This document shows positions 1-9,413 of a stretch of 46,316 nucleotides of DNA, piece by piece. A program made the position numbers and the translations under genes. The DNA is from Candidatus Aenigmatarchaeota archaeon (GTDB taxonomy: Archaea; Aenigmatarchaeota; Aenigmatarchaeia; CG10238-14; SpSt-28): NCBI GenBank assembly GCA_039000985.1, contig JAWBMD010000006.1, forward strand, positions 1 to 46,316. The letters are read 5' to 3'. Within the stretch, counting starts at the first letter, position 1. Each line of letters opens with the position of its first letter. The notes beneath the pieces were generated by a model. It saw only the letters and a program-made list of their open reading frames with translations, was not told the origin of the DNA and searched no databases.

Positions 1-24
1 GGTCCAAGCCTAATTTTTTTCATA

Positions 25-32
25 TTTAAATA
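25..32 (+). promoter_or_regulatory. Putative TATA box of pilin gene
   Basis: TTTAAATA ending 21 nt upstream of the ATG at 54; no Shine-Dalgarno, consistent with leaderless transcription. Confidence 0.5.
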
Positions 33-53
33 ATTATTTTTTACAATTAATTT

Positions 54-524
54 ATGAAAGCAGTAAGTCCTTTAATAGCTGCTGTTCTTTTAATAGCATT
101 TACAGTTGCAGTAGCAGCAATAATTGGTACTTTTTTAACAGGTTTAACAAGAACAACTGTTGGTGGAGTAGAAAGAGGTACTGCAGGTCAAGCAGAGTGT
201 GCAGGTGTATACATAGATGTTTTACAATATAATAGTAATGCCGGTACAGCTGCGTTTAGAAATCCAAGTAGTAGTAATAGAATTTATGTTACCTCCGCTG
301 TAAATGAGTCGGGAATAGGCACTAGAAACTTTACTACTATAGTTTTAGAGCCCGGTAGAGTTAAAACTGCAATTTTAAATGTGAGCACAAATGAAACTCA
401 TGTATTTGATTCACTAAAATCAGCCAAAAAAGTAACATTTCTTGGTTTCTGCGAAACTACGGCTGGTCAAAACATTAGTATAATAGGGGAATGTTCTAAA
501 GGACAACCTTGCTGGAATTCTTAA
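54..524 (+). CDS. Archaeal type IV pilin (class III signal peptide)
   Basis: N-terminus MKA|VSPLIAAVLLIAFTVAVAAII matches the archaeal pilin/archaellin class III signal and hydrophobic helix; four Cys in the globular part. Confidence 0.85.
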   Translation: MKAVSPLIAAVLLIAFTVAVAAIIGTFLTGLTRTTVGGVERGTAGQAECAGVYIDVLQYNSNAGTAAFRNPSSSNRIYVTSAVNESGIGTRNFTTIVLEPGRVKTAILNVSTNETHVFDSLKSAKKVTFLGFCETTAGQNISIIGECSKGQPCWNS

Positions 525-531
525 TTTTTTT

Positions 532-1746
532 ATGAAATTGTTTGGTTGGATTGAGGAAATTAGAGATGTTGGCCATTTTAAGTTCATAATTTTGCATACT
601 GTTAATGGTGATTATCAAATAACTTGTAAAAAGGATTTTACTTTAAATTTTAACGAGTTATCAAACTTAACAAGACAATCAGCTATAGAAGTAGATGGGG
701 ATATTGTTGAAAATCCAGTTTCAAAAATTGGAAGAGAAATTTTAGCTAAGGAGATAAAATTAATTGCTTTATCCGAACCTATTTTACCATTAGATCCATC
801 TGGAAAAACAAAAGCTTTCTTAGATACAAGATTAAACTATAGATTTTTAGATTTTAGAAATCATAAAACATTAGCTATGATAAAAATACAAAATAAAATT
901 TTGGATTGTTTTAGGAATTTTTTTAGAAATGAAGGATTTTTAGAAATTCAACCACCAATAATTATAGCTTCAGCAAGTGAAGGAGGTAGTGAGTTATTTT
1001 CAATAAAATATTTTGAAAAAGAAGCTTATTTGGCACAAAGTCCACAATTATATAAGCAAATGGCAGCAATTAGCTTAGGAAAAGTTTTTTGTATAGTTCC
1101 TATATTTAGAGCTGAAAAGCATGATACACCATATCATTTAAATGAAGTTAGAAGCTTAGATGTTGAGATAGCCTTTTCAGATTATAATATAGCAATGGAA
1201 TATTTGGAAAGATTTTTTGTTTTTTGTGTAAGTGAAATAATAAAAGAAAATAAGAATGACTTAGATGTTTTAAATTCAAAACTAGATATTCCAAAAACTC
1301 CATTTCCAAAAGTTAGTTATGAGGAAGCTGTTAATTTTTTAGGTTTAGAATATGGTAGTGATATAAAAAGAGAGCATGAAAAAAAATTGTGTGAAAAATT
1401 TGGAGATGCAATATTTTTAATAGATTTTCCAAAAAGCTTAAGACCATTTTATACAATGCCTAAAGATGAGAAATCAACTTATTCTTTTGATTTTATTTAT
1501 AAAGGTTTAGAACTTGCTTCGGGAGCACAAAGAATTCATATACCATATTTATTAGAAAAAAGAATATTGGAATGTGGTTTAAATCCAGAAAATTTTAAAG
1601 ATTATATAAATGCTTTTAAATATGGGGCACCTTCACACGCAGGTTGGGCAATTGGACTGGAAAGAATGACTATGAAGATTTGTAATTTAGAAAATATAAG
1701 GGAAGCTTGTATGTGGCCAAGAGATAGATATAGATTAATACCATGA
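532..1746 (+). CDS. aspS: Aspartyl-tRNA synthetase (archaeal type)
   Basis: OB-fold GW..EIRDVG, LDTRLNYRFLDFR, SEGGSELF, AYLAQSPQLYKQ, motif 2 FRAE, motif 3 GWAIGLER, WPRD. Confidence 0.95.
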   Translation: MKLFGWIEEIRDVGHFKFIILHTVNGDYQITCKKDFTLNFNELSNLTRQSAIEVDGDIVENPVSKIGREILAKEIKLIALSEPILPLDPSGKTKAFLDTRLNYRFLDFRNHKTLAMIKIQNKILDCFRNFFRNEGFLEIQPPIIIASASEGGSELFSIKYFEKEAYLAQSPQLYKQMAAISLGKVFCIVPIFRAEKHDTPYHLNEVRSLDVEIAFSDYNIAMEYLERFFVFCVSEIIKENKNDLDVLNSKLDIPKTPFPKVSYEEAVNFLGLEYGSDIKREHEKKLCEKFGDAIFLIDFPKSLRPFYTMPKDEKSTYSFDFIYKGLELASGAQRIHIPYLLEKRILECGLNPENFKDYINAFKYGAPSHAGWAIGLERMTMKICNLENIREACMWPRDRYRLIP

Positions 1747-2243
1747 TTTTAAATATAACTGTACCAAAAAATAGAGTAGAAATTGCAAACGAATGTATTA
1801 AAGATATATTAAATTTTTTAAAGGATGTTAAAATAACTTCTCAAGAAAATAGTTTTTTTATAGAAAGTGAAAATGTTATAAATGCTTATAAAGCTTACAA
1901 CATTTTATTAGCTATTGCTAGAGGATTTAAAAAAGATGATTCAATGCTTTTGTTAAATGATGAATATAGAATAGAAATAGTTCCAATAGAAGCTTTTGCT
2001 AAAACAAGAAATAGACAAATAATATTGAAAGGAAGAGTTATTGGTAAAGAGGGAAAAACAAAAATGCTAATAGAAAAATATACAAAAACAAAAATAGTTA
2101 TTTTTGGAAAAACAATAGGTATAATTGGGAAATGGGATTGTGTAAAAGTTGCTAGAGAGGCAATAGAAATGTTTTTAAGAGGTTCTAAACATTCTTCAGT
2201 TTATAAAAATTTAGAGGGAAAGGTTAAAAGCTTGTTTCTATAG
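1743..2243 (+). CDS. KH-domain rRNA processing protein Dim2/Pno1 (Krr1 family)
   Basis: AIARGF, KGRVIGKEGKTK KH GxxG loop, AREAIEMFLRGSKHSSVY. Confidence 0.9.
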   Translation: MILNITVPKNRVEIANECIKDILNFLKDVKITSQENSFFIESENVINAYKAYNILLAIARGFKKDDSMLLLNDEYRIEIVPIEAFAKTRNRQIILKGRVIGKEGKTKMLIEKYTKTKIVIFGKTIGIIGKWDCVKVAREAIEMFLRGSKHSSVYKNLEGKVKSLFL

Positions 2244-2799
2244 TTTTTTTAAGGCTTTCTAGTTTTTCTCTTAAGCTTTTAACTTCTTCCTCAAATCTTT
2301 TAGGTATTTCATATTCTTTTTCTTTTGGAATTAACCCTTCTATAGCTCCTTCTGGTTTTGCAAATATGTTATCCAAATTTATTATTTCCAAAATTAGAGC
2401 AGATAAAACTGTTTTAAAATTATCTAATATTTCACTTCTCAATTTATCACTTTCTTTTAACAAGTTAAGATTTTTTTCTACAACATCTATTTTATTTCTA
2501 GCCCTTTCAAGTATTTCTATAATTTGACCATATTTTTCAACTTTTATGAACACAGATAAAGGAAGCTCGGCTTTTTCCTCTTTCTTTATATATTTTTCCA
2601 ATTCTTTTAATCCTGTTTCCAATGTTTCTTGTACTTCTTTTTTTTCTTCTTCACTTTTAATTTTTTCAACTAATTGCTGAGTTATTTCATATTCTATTTC
2701 ATCTCTTACAAATCCCTCTTTTTCAAGTTGAGATATTATTTCTTGCTCAGGAATTTTTTTATCCAAAAGCTCTTTGACCCTATCTTTAAGAGAAGCCAT
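2224..2799 (-). CDS. Hypothetical coiled-coil protein
   Basis: 191-aa ORF with K/E-rich host-like composition; N-terminal helical bundle and a VFIKVEKY motif preceding a coiled coil. Confidence 0.7.
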   Translation of the reverse strand: MASLKDRVKELLDKKIPEQEIISQLEKEGFVRDEIEYEITQQLVEKIKSEEEKKEVQETLETGLKELEKYIKKEEKAELPLSVFIKVEKYGQIIEILERARNKIDVVEKNLNLLKESDKLRSEILDNFKTVLSALILEIINLDNIFAKPEGAIEGLIPKEKEYEIPKRFEEEVKSLREKLESLKKTIETSF

Positions 2800-2803
2800 A
2801 ATT

Positions 2804-3787
2804 TTATTTACTTTTTTGGTTTAATATTTCCCCTATTCTATTATCTAAATCTGCTTTAAGTTCCTTTCTTTTATCTTCTTTTGAAAAGAAATCTATTTTT
2901 GCAGCAAGACTAATTTTTGAAGCCAATAATCTGGCAATTTTACCTCTAAGATTTTTTGGTGATTTTTGTATTAGAGGATGTAGAAATATTATTCCATGCT
3001 TTGGTGGCTTTCCCTTCTTTTTACTTTTTAAAAATCTAAATAATGCTTTTTCTGCTCCCATTAGTTGGATTGAACTAGCTGGTAATTTAGAAAGCTTTTC
3101 TATGCTACCAGCTTTCTCTATTAGTTTAGCAGCTATTTTTGGTGTTGCTATTTCAGCCAAATTTGGGGCTATTTTTTCTACCAATTCCTCTAAGTATTTT
3201 TCCATATTTTCTTTTTGTTTATACAGCTGGATAATTAATGAAGAAAACTCTTTTATAGCTAAATAATCTTTTTCCTCCAAATCTATTCCAATACTTTCTT
3301 TTACTAAATCTTCAAACTCTTTAAAATTTTCTCTTTTTACATATTTTTCAACAAGCTTTACAAATTTTTCATTATCTTCAATTTTTTTCTCTAATTCTGG
3401 GAAATGTATTGAATACCAGCTTCTCAATCTTTCAACGAAAACATTAATTGTTTTTTCCAATTCCTCAATACAATTAGAAACATTTGCAACTATTTTATCT
3501 TTTTTTATACTTTCTTTTATTTTCATTTTAGAAATTTCTATTGCTACTTGTGATATGAATGAATAAAACTCAGCTATATTGCTAAACAATCCTTTTTTTA
3601 TGCAAATATCTTTAATGTTTTCTTTTACATAATTTTCTATTTCCTCTGGTGCTTTTTCTATTTCTATTTCTAAAAATTTTTTAGCAGCTTCCTTAGCATT
3701 TTTTCCAAAGCTTTCTATTTCCAAAATATTTTTATTTTCATCTATTGTTACAATTCCTATATATGTCTTAACTTTATAATTCTTCAT
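2804..3787 (-). CDS. nop5: C/D box sRNP protein Nop5 (Nop56/58)
   Basis: RLRSWYSIHFPEL, APNL, LPASSIQLMGAEKALF, PPKHGIIF, RGKIAR, LAAKIDFF. Confidence 0.95.
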   Translation of the reverse strand: MKNYKVKTYIGIVTIDENKNILEIESFGKNAKEAAKKFLEIEIEKAPEEIENYVKENIKDICIKKGLFSNIAEFYSFISQVAIEISKMKIKESIKKDKIVANVSNCIEELEKTINVFVERLRSWYSIHFPELEKKIEDNEKFVKLVEKYVKRENFKEFEDLVKESIGIDLEEKDYLAIKEFSSLIIQLYKQKENMEKYLEELVEKIAPNLAEIATPKIAAKLIEKAGSIEKLSKLPASSIQLMGAEKALFRFLKSKKKGKPPKHGIIFLHPLIQKSPKNLRGKIARLLASKISLAAKIDFFSKEDKRKELKADLDNRIGEILNQKSK

Positions 3788-4350
3788 AGATTTAATTTCT
3801 TTTTTGTTAATAATAATCCTATTAAAGTATCTGCAGTTGTTTCAATATTCTTTTCAAAAAACATTGAAAAAGCTTTTTTGAATGGTATTTTCAAAACTTT
3901 TATAAATTCATGTTTTTCAGGTTTAATTTTGCATTCATATAAATCTCTAACTAAAAAAACATGGAATTTTATCCTTATTCTATGGCCAAGCATAAATGTT
4001 ATAAGCTTTTCAACTTTTCTACCAAAATAACCAATTTCTTGACATAGCTCTAGCTTCAAATATTTAATTATGGATTTTCCTTCAATCCTACCAACTGGTA
4101 ATGTTATTATTTCTTTTTTCCATGGCAATCTCCATTCCTTTATTAAAAATATATTTTGTTTTTCATCCATTACAACAGCTGAGACAGCATCTTGCCCAAC
4201 TCCATAAGACCAGTTTGCTATTTCTTTATTTGGCAATAAAACTTTGCAAGAAAACATTTTTAACCATTTATCTTGATAGCTAAGATTTTCTTCCAAAACT
4301 TTAAATTTTCCAATATTTTCTTGTTCTAATGTATTTTTTCTCCTCTTCAT
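3784..4350 (-). CDS. NUDIX-fold protein (ADP-ribose pyrophosphatase-like) with degenerate Nudix box
   Basis: AVSAVVMDEKQNIFLIKEWR..LPVGRIE...LELCQEIGY resembles NudF; start uncertain (overlaps the 3' end of lhr). Confidence 0.7.
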   Translation of the reverse strand: MKRRKNTLEQENIGKFKVLEENLSYQDKWLKMFSCKVLLPNKEIANWSYGVGQDAVSAVVMDEKQNIFLIKEWRLPWKKEIITLPVGRIEGKSIIKYLKLELCQEIGYFGRKVEKLITFMLGHRIRIKFHVFLVRDLYECKIKPEKHEFIKVLKIPFKKAFSMFFEKNIETTADTLIGLLLTKKKLNL

Positions 4351-6913
4351 AAACAACTTTCAAAAGCTCATCTTCACTTAAAAATCTATTTTTAGTTATT
4401 ATTCTTATAGCAGTTTCAATGCCAATACCTCTTCCAGCAAGAATTATCAAAAATCTTTTCCCATAATCCACTAAAAAATTTGAAGCAATTTTTATGCTTT
4501 TATCAATTCTTTTTAAATTTTTTACTGGAGCTAAAAATATTGATTCGCAATATGGACATGGAAAAACTTTATCAAAATCTTTTACAGTTATTGAGATTTT
4601 AAACTTTTCGCAGTTTGAGCAAATTAGGAAAAGCTTTGTTTTATAGATTCTTTTTTTGAATTCTTCAAATATCTCTTTCTCTTCTCCAATTTTTACATAA
4701 CCATATTTTTCCGCTATTTCTATTTGTGAAATTGGAGTTAAAAAGTCGTTGAAATAAATTTCTGTATCTTTCAATGCTTCTTTTGCTTTTTCCAAATCAA
4801 GTTTTGATGTTTTTATTTCATTTATTGTTTCTTCTCCAACTATAGAATCAAAGTATTCTTTTATTAAGCTATTAATCATTCTTTTGCTAAGCTTATTTTT
4901 TTCTTCAATTAACCCAAATCTTTTTGCAACTTCTAAAAATTTTGAAATAAAAAGCTTGCTATTTTTAATACTTTCATCTATTAGTTTTTCTATTGGGTAA
5001 TATTTTAACAAGTTTAGTGTTTCTTCTATTAAACTTTTTTCTATTTTAGAATGTATTATTATTCTGTAAGCACTAGTTTCATATGTTATTTTTTCCATTT
5101 TTTTAAATGATAAAATAGATGAAATCAATATTGCGAATGTTTCATTAACTTTATTACCAAAAGGAGAGTTTATTACGACAAAATCTTCATTAATATCTAC
5201 TAAAATTTTTTTATTTGTTGGTATTATTGATATTTCTTTTTGTTTATTCAGAATTTTTTTAATTTCTCCAATACTTTTTTCATCTGTTATGCTTAAGTCA
5301 AAATCAAAGCTTTCTCTCATTTTAGAAGCTTCTACTGCAACTTCAAAAGGAACATCTAATAATTCTCCTTTCCACGATGGAATTGCAAATTTAATATCTT
5401 TACTTTCTTCAACAAACACAATACTTTTTTCAATATCTATATTAACAACTTTCCAGCATTCACCTTTAATTATGAAAGATTTATTTTCTTCTAATTCGCT
5501 TTCTACAAAAATTTCATCCAAATTACCAATACTTTTTTTATTTGCAATATTAACAACTTTGTATTCTGTTTGAGATGGTATTGTTGACAAGTTTTCAAAA
5601 AAATAATTAAAACATTTTCTTTTTCTTTTAATGAAGTTGTTTTCTATTTTCCATATGTTTATGCTTTCACCAAATTTAATTATTTCTAAAAATTTATCTT
5701 TTTGTAAATTTTCATATATACTTATTTTTTTAATTTTTTCATATAACTCATTCAAATTAGCTTTAAATTCTTTTATTAAAATCCCAGCAATTTGATGAAG
5801 CAAAATATCTAACGGATTCTGGAAATAATTGAAATCTTCAATTTTGTTTTTTAAGGCAAATTTAACTATTGCACAACTTTCTAAAAAATCATCTATATTG
5901 CTACAAATTATTAAACCATTGCTTATTTTATTTAATTTATGAGAACCTCTACCAACTCTTTGAATTAATTGATTAACTTGTCTTGGACTTTGGTATTGAA
6001 TTACAAAATCTACATGACCAATATCAATTCCTAGCTGCAAGCTACTTGTTGTAACAACAGACTTTATTTTTTTCTCTATTATTTTTTTCTCTATTTCTTT
6101 TCTAACTTCTTTTTCTAGGCTAGAGTGATAAGTTTCTATTTTTAGATCATTATATCTTTCTTTTAAAGCTTTTGATAGAGATTCAGCCGTTTCTCTTGTA
6201 TTAGTAAATATTAGTGTTGTTTCATGGTTTTTAACTTGATCATAAATTTCTTTTAGCCTTTCTTCAAAATTCCCTTTATATATAACATTAAATTTAAACT
6301 TTTTTTCCTCTATTGCTTGAATCAACAAAAATTTTCTTTTAAATAGCTTTTCAATTTTTTCTATATTACCAATTGTAGCAGATAAAATTTTGATCGAAAA
6401 ATTTTCATTTATCCATTTTAATTTCTCTATTGAAAAAATTAATTGAGAAAATCTTTTAGAATCTAAAATTTCATGAATTTCATCTATAATAACAAATCTC
6501 ACATTTTTTAAAAATTCAGATATTTTTTTAGCAGTTAATATTATTTGAAACATTTCTACTGTTGTTATTAATATATCTGGTGGATATTGTAATTGCAATT
6601 TTCTTTGATAGCTACTAGTATCTCCATGCCTAACATCAACCTCTAAATTCAAAAATTCGCAATATTTTTCAATTCTTCTTTGTAAGTCCCTATTTAAACT
6701 TCTTAATGGAGTTATGTATAAACAGCTTATTTTTTCCAAGTTTTTATCTAAAATTTCAGAAAATATTGGAAATAAAACCGCTTCTGTTTTACCAGAGCCA
6801 GTTGGAGCAGAAATTATCCAATCTTTATTTACATCCTTTTCAAATGCAAGGTTTTGTATTGATGTTAAGCTTTCAAATTCCTTTTTTATTACCTTTAAAA
6901 CATTTTCATTCAT
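4301..6913 (-). CDS. lhr: Lhr-family ATP-dependent SF2 helicase
   Basis: APTGSGKT, YITPLRSLN, RHGDT, DEIH, SAT, TSSLQLGIDIG, QRVGRGSH, PSWKGE, C-terminal CxxC..CxxC. Confidence 0.93.
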   Translation of the reverse strand: MNENVLKVIKKEFESLTSIQNLAFEKDVNKDWIISAPTGSGKTEAVLFPIFSEILDKNLEKISCLYITPLRSLNRDLQRRIEKYCEFLNLEVDVRHGDTSSYQRKLQLQYPPDILITTVEMFQIILTAKKISEFLKNVRFVIIDEIHEILDSKRFSQLIFSIEKLKWINENFSIKILSATIGNIEKIEKLFKRKFLLIQAIEEKKFKFNVIYKGNFEERLKEIYDQVKNHETTLIFTNTRETAESLSKALKERYNDLKIETYHSSLEKEVRKEIEKKIIEKKIKSVVTTSSLQLGIDIGHVDFVIQYQSPRQVNQLIQRVGRGSHKLNKISNGLIICSNIDDFLESCAIVKFALKNKIEDFNYFQNPLDILLHQIAGILIKEFKANLNELYEKIKKISIYENLQKDKFLEIIKFGESINIWKIENNFIKRKRKCFNYFFENLSTIPSQTEYKVVNIANKKSIGNLDEIFVESELEENKSFIIKGECWKVVNIDIEKSIVFVEESKDIKFAIPSWKGELLDVPFEVAVEASKMRESFDFDLSITDEKSIGEIKKILNKQKEISIIPTNKKILVDINEDFVVINSPFGNKVNETFAILISSILSFKKMEKITYETSAYRIIIHSKIEKSLIEETLNLLKYYPIEKLIDESIKNSKLFISKFLEVAKRFGLIEEKNKLSKRMINSLIKEYFDSIVGEETINEIKTSKLDLEKAKEALKDTEIYFNDFLTPISQIEIAEKYGYVKIGEEKEIFEEFKKRIYKTKLFLICSNCEKFKISITVKDFDKVFPCPYCESIFLAPVKNLKRIDKSIKIASNFLVDYGKRFLIILAGRGIGIETAIRIITKNRFLSEDELLKVVYEEEKKYIRTRKYWKI

Positions 6914-6939
6914 AAAAATTTAAATATAGAATATAATTT

Positions 6940-8214
6940 ATGCCAGCTAAACCACATTTAAATATAGTAATAGTAGGTCATGTAGACCATGGTAAATCAA
7001 CAATATTTGGTAGGTTGCTTTATGATACAGGAGCTATAAGGCCAGAAGAGCTAGAAGAGCTAAAAAAAGCAGCTTTAGAACATAAAATAGAAGGTGGAGA
7101 ATTTGCTTATATTGTAGATCAGCTAAAAGAAGAAAGAGCAAGAGGAATGACAATAGATATTTCTCACAGACCATTCGAAACTCAAAAATACTATTTCACA
7201 ATAATAGATGCCCCAGGTCATAGAGATTTTGTTAAGAATATGATAACTGGAGCATCACAAGCAGATGGAGCTATATTAGTTGTTTCAGCAAGACCAGGAG
7301 AGGGTGTTCAAGAACAAACAAAAGAGCATGCATTCCTAATAAAAGTTCTTGGTATTAATCAAATAATTGTTGCTATTTCAAAAATGGATTTAGCAAATTA
7401 TAGCGAAAGTGTATTTAATAAATTAGTAGAGGAAACAAAAAGCTTGCTTAGGCCATTGGGATATAATGTAGATAATATAAAGTTTATTCCAACAGCTGCA
7501 CAACATGGCGAGAATATATTAAAAAGAAGTGATAAAATGCCATGGTATAAGGGGCCAACATTAATAGAAGCATTAGATACATTTGAAGTTCCAAAGAGAC
7601 CAGTGGATAAACCATTGAGAATTCCTGTGCAGGATGTTTATTCGATTACGGGAGTAGGAACAGTACCAGTTGGTAAAGTTGAGAGTGGAATTGTAAAGGC
7701 TGGTGATGTTGTAGTTTTTGAGCCACCAGGTTTAACAGGTGAGGTAAAAAGCATCGAAATGCATCATCAAGCTATACAACAGGCAGGTCCAGGTGATAAC
7801 ATAGGTTTAAACGTTAAAGGAATTTCTAAACAAGATATAAGAAGAGGAGATGTTATAGGCCATCCATCAAATCCACCAACAGTCGCTAAAGAATTTATTG
7901 CTCAAATAGTTGTTTTAAATCATCCAACAGTAATAGCTAAGGGCTATACACCAGTAATTCATTGTCACACTGCAACTGTTGCTTGTAGATTAGAGGAAAT
8001 CATAGCACAAATAGATTCTAGGACAGGACAGGTTATAAAAGAACATCCAGAATTTATTAAAAATGGTGATGTAGCAAAAGTAAGATTTGTACCAACAAAA
8101 CCACTTGTAATAGAAAAACAATCAGAATTTCCAGGGTTAGCTAGATTTGCTATAAGAGATATGGGTCAAACAGTAGCTGCAGGAGTTTGTATTGATGTGG
8201 TAAAAGCTAAATAG
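6940..8214 (+). CDS. tuf: Translation elongation factor 1-alpha
   Basis: [64 protein letters not shown]. Confidence 0.98.
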   Translation: MPAKPHLNIVIVGHVDHGKSTIFGRLLYDTGAIRPEELEELKKAALEHKIEGGEFAYIVDQLKEERARGMTIDISHRPFETQKYYFTIIDAPGHRDFVKNMITGASQADGAILVVSARPGEGVQEQTKEHAFLIKVLGINQIIVAISKMDLANYSESVFNKLVEETKSLLRPLGYNVDNIKFIPTAAQHGENILKRSDKMPWYKGPTLIEALDTFEVPKRPVDKPLRIPVQDVYSITGVGTVPVGKVESGIVKAGDVVVFEPPGLTGEVKSIEMHHQAIQQAGPGDNIGLNVKGISKQDIRRGDVIGHPSNPPTVAKEFIAQIVVLNHPTVIAKGYTPVIHCHTATVACRLEEIIAQIDSRTGQVIKEHPEFIKNGDVAKVRFVPTKPLVIEKQSEFPGLARFAIRDMGQTVAAGVCIDVVKAK

Positions 8215-8231
8215 CACAACTTTTTTATTTT

Positions 8232-9413
8232 TTATTGAGCTTTTTCTACAGCTTTGGAAATTTCTCTTATAAGTTTTCTAACTAATTCTCTAGAATCATA
8301 TATTTCTTTTGCTGGTATTTTGTATATTTTTCCTTCATCCAGCATTTTTTTATTGTTCATAACTTTATTTAAAACTTCTATCCATTCCTCTCTCAAAAGC
8401 CTTGTTTCTATGAATTTTTTCTTAAATAGTTCATCTGTTTTCATCTTGAATTTTTCTTCTATTATGGAATTAATTTTATTGAGATCCATTTCTTCTATAT
8501 TTTCCAAATTTAATTTCTCCAAAACGTTTAGCCCTGAAAGAATTGATTTTAGCATAACTTCATATGTCTTTTCTGCAATTTTTTCAAGCTTTTTAATTTC
8601 AAGTATAGACATTATTTCAAACATTTTTTTAACAAACTTTTCACTTCTTTCTATCCATTCATCAACAAACGCGCCACTTACATTTAATAATTCTTGGTGC
8701 TCAATTTTTTTCCTTATTTCAACAATTTCTTTTAACCAATTAGCGTATTCTTCCTCTATTATTTTCGATTCAACAAGATACTTTTTAAATTCGTCATAAC
8801 ATTTTGATGGTGGAGGCGGTGGTATTCCCAAGAACATTAAAACAGCTTGCGCAGTATTTAATATTGCATAGTAACAATCTTCAGCAAGCATTAATAGTTT
8901 TACTGTTTTAGCTCTTTGTAATTTTTTCGGTGCAGATTCCATATAATTCTCAATTGCTTCTCTTGTTCCTGTTATTTTTCCAGCTAATAATAGCCTTTTC
9001 CATGCCTCAAAAAAACCAACATCGTATATCGCTATTCCCTCTTTTAAAAAGTTATATATTATTGGGTGACCACTTCTTGCATAATCGGTAAATTCAGTTA
9101 TTGTATAACTTGGTTGTGGAGATAATAGCTCGGATATTTCTTTTGAAATTTTCTCTATTTCCTCATCTATTTTTTCTCTTATATCAATAATTTTTTCCTC
9201 ATCTATTTTTTCTCCAGTTTTGATTAATTCTGTAGATAAATCATCTATTATGAGAAAAACATCTATATCGCTAAATGGTTTAAAATCCTCCCTCACAACA
9301 GAACCCATTATTACTATACTTTTAACAACTTTTCCAAATTTTTCAAGAACCTTTTCTGCAAATTTTTTTGCAATTCTTAATCTTTCTTCTCTACTTACTA
9401 TTTCTTCAACCAC
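8232..9413 (-). CDS. Pol-beta/MNT nucleotidyltransferase fused to HEPN-like domain, with extra C-terminal helical domain
   Basis: GS..R....SDIDVFLIIDD NTase motif; helical region CYYAILNTAQAVL...RKKIEH; GTG start. Confidence 0.8.
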   Translation of the reverse strand: MVEEIVSREERLRIAKKFAEKVLEKFGKVVKSIVIMGSVVREDFKPFSDIDVFLIIDDLSTELIKTGEKIDEEKIIDIREKIDEEIEKISKEISELLSPQPSYTITEFTDYARSGHPIIYNFLKEGIAIYDVGFFEAWKRLLLAGKITGTREAIENYMESAPKKLQRAKTVKLLMLAEDCYYAILNTAQAVLMFLGIPPPPPSKCYDEFKKYLVESKIIEEEYANWLKEIVEIRKKIEHQELLNVSGAFVDEWIERSEKFVKKMFEIMSILEIKKLEKIAEKTYEVMLKSILSGLNVLEKLNLENIEEMDLNKINSIIEEKFKMKTDELFKKKFIETRLLREEWIEVLNKVMNNKKMLDEGKIYKIPAKEIYDSRELVRKLIREISKAVEKAQ

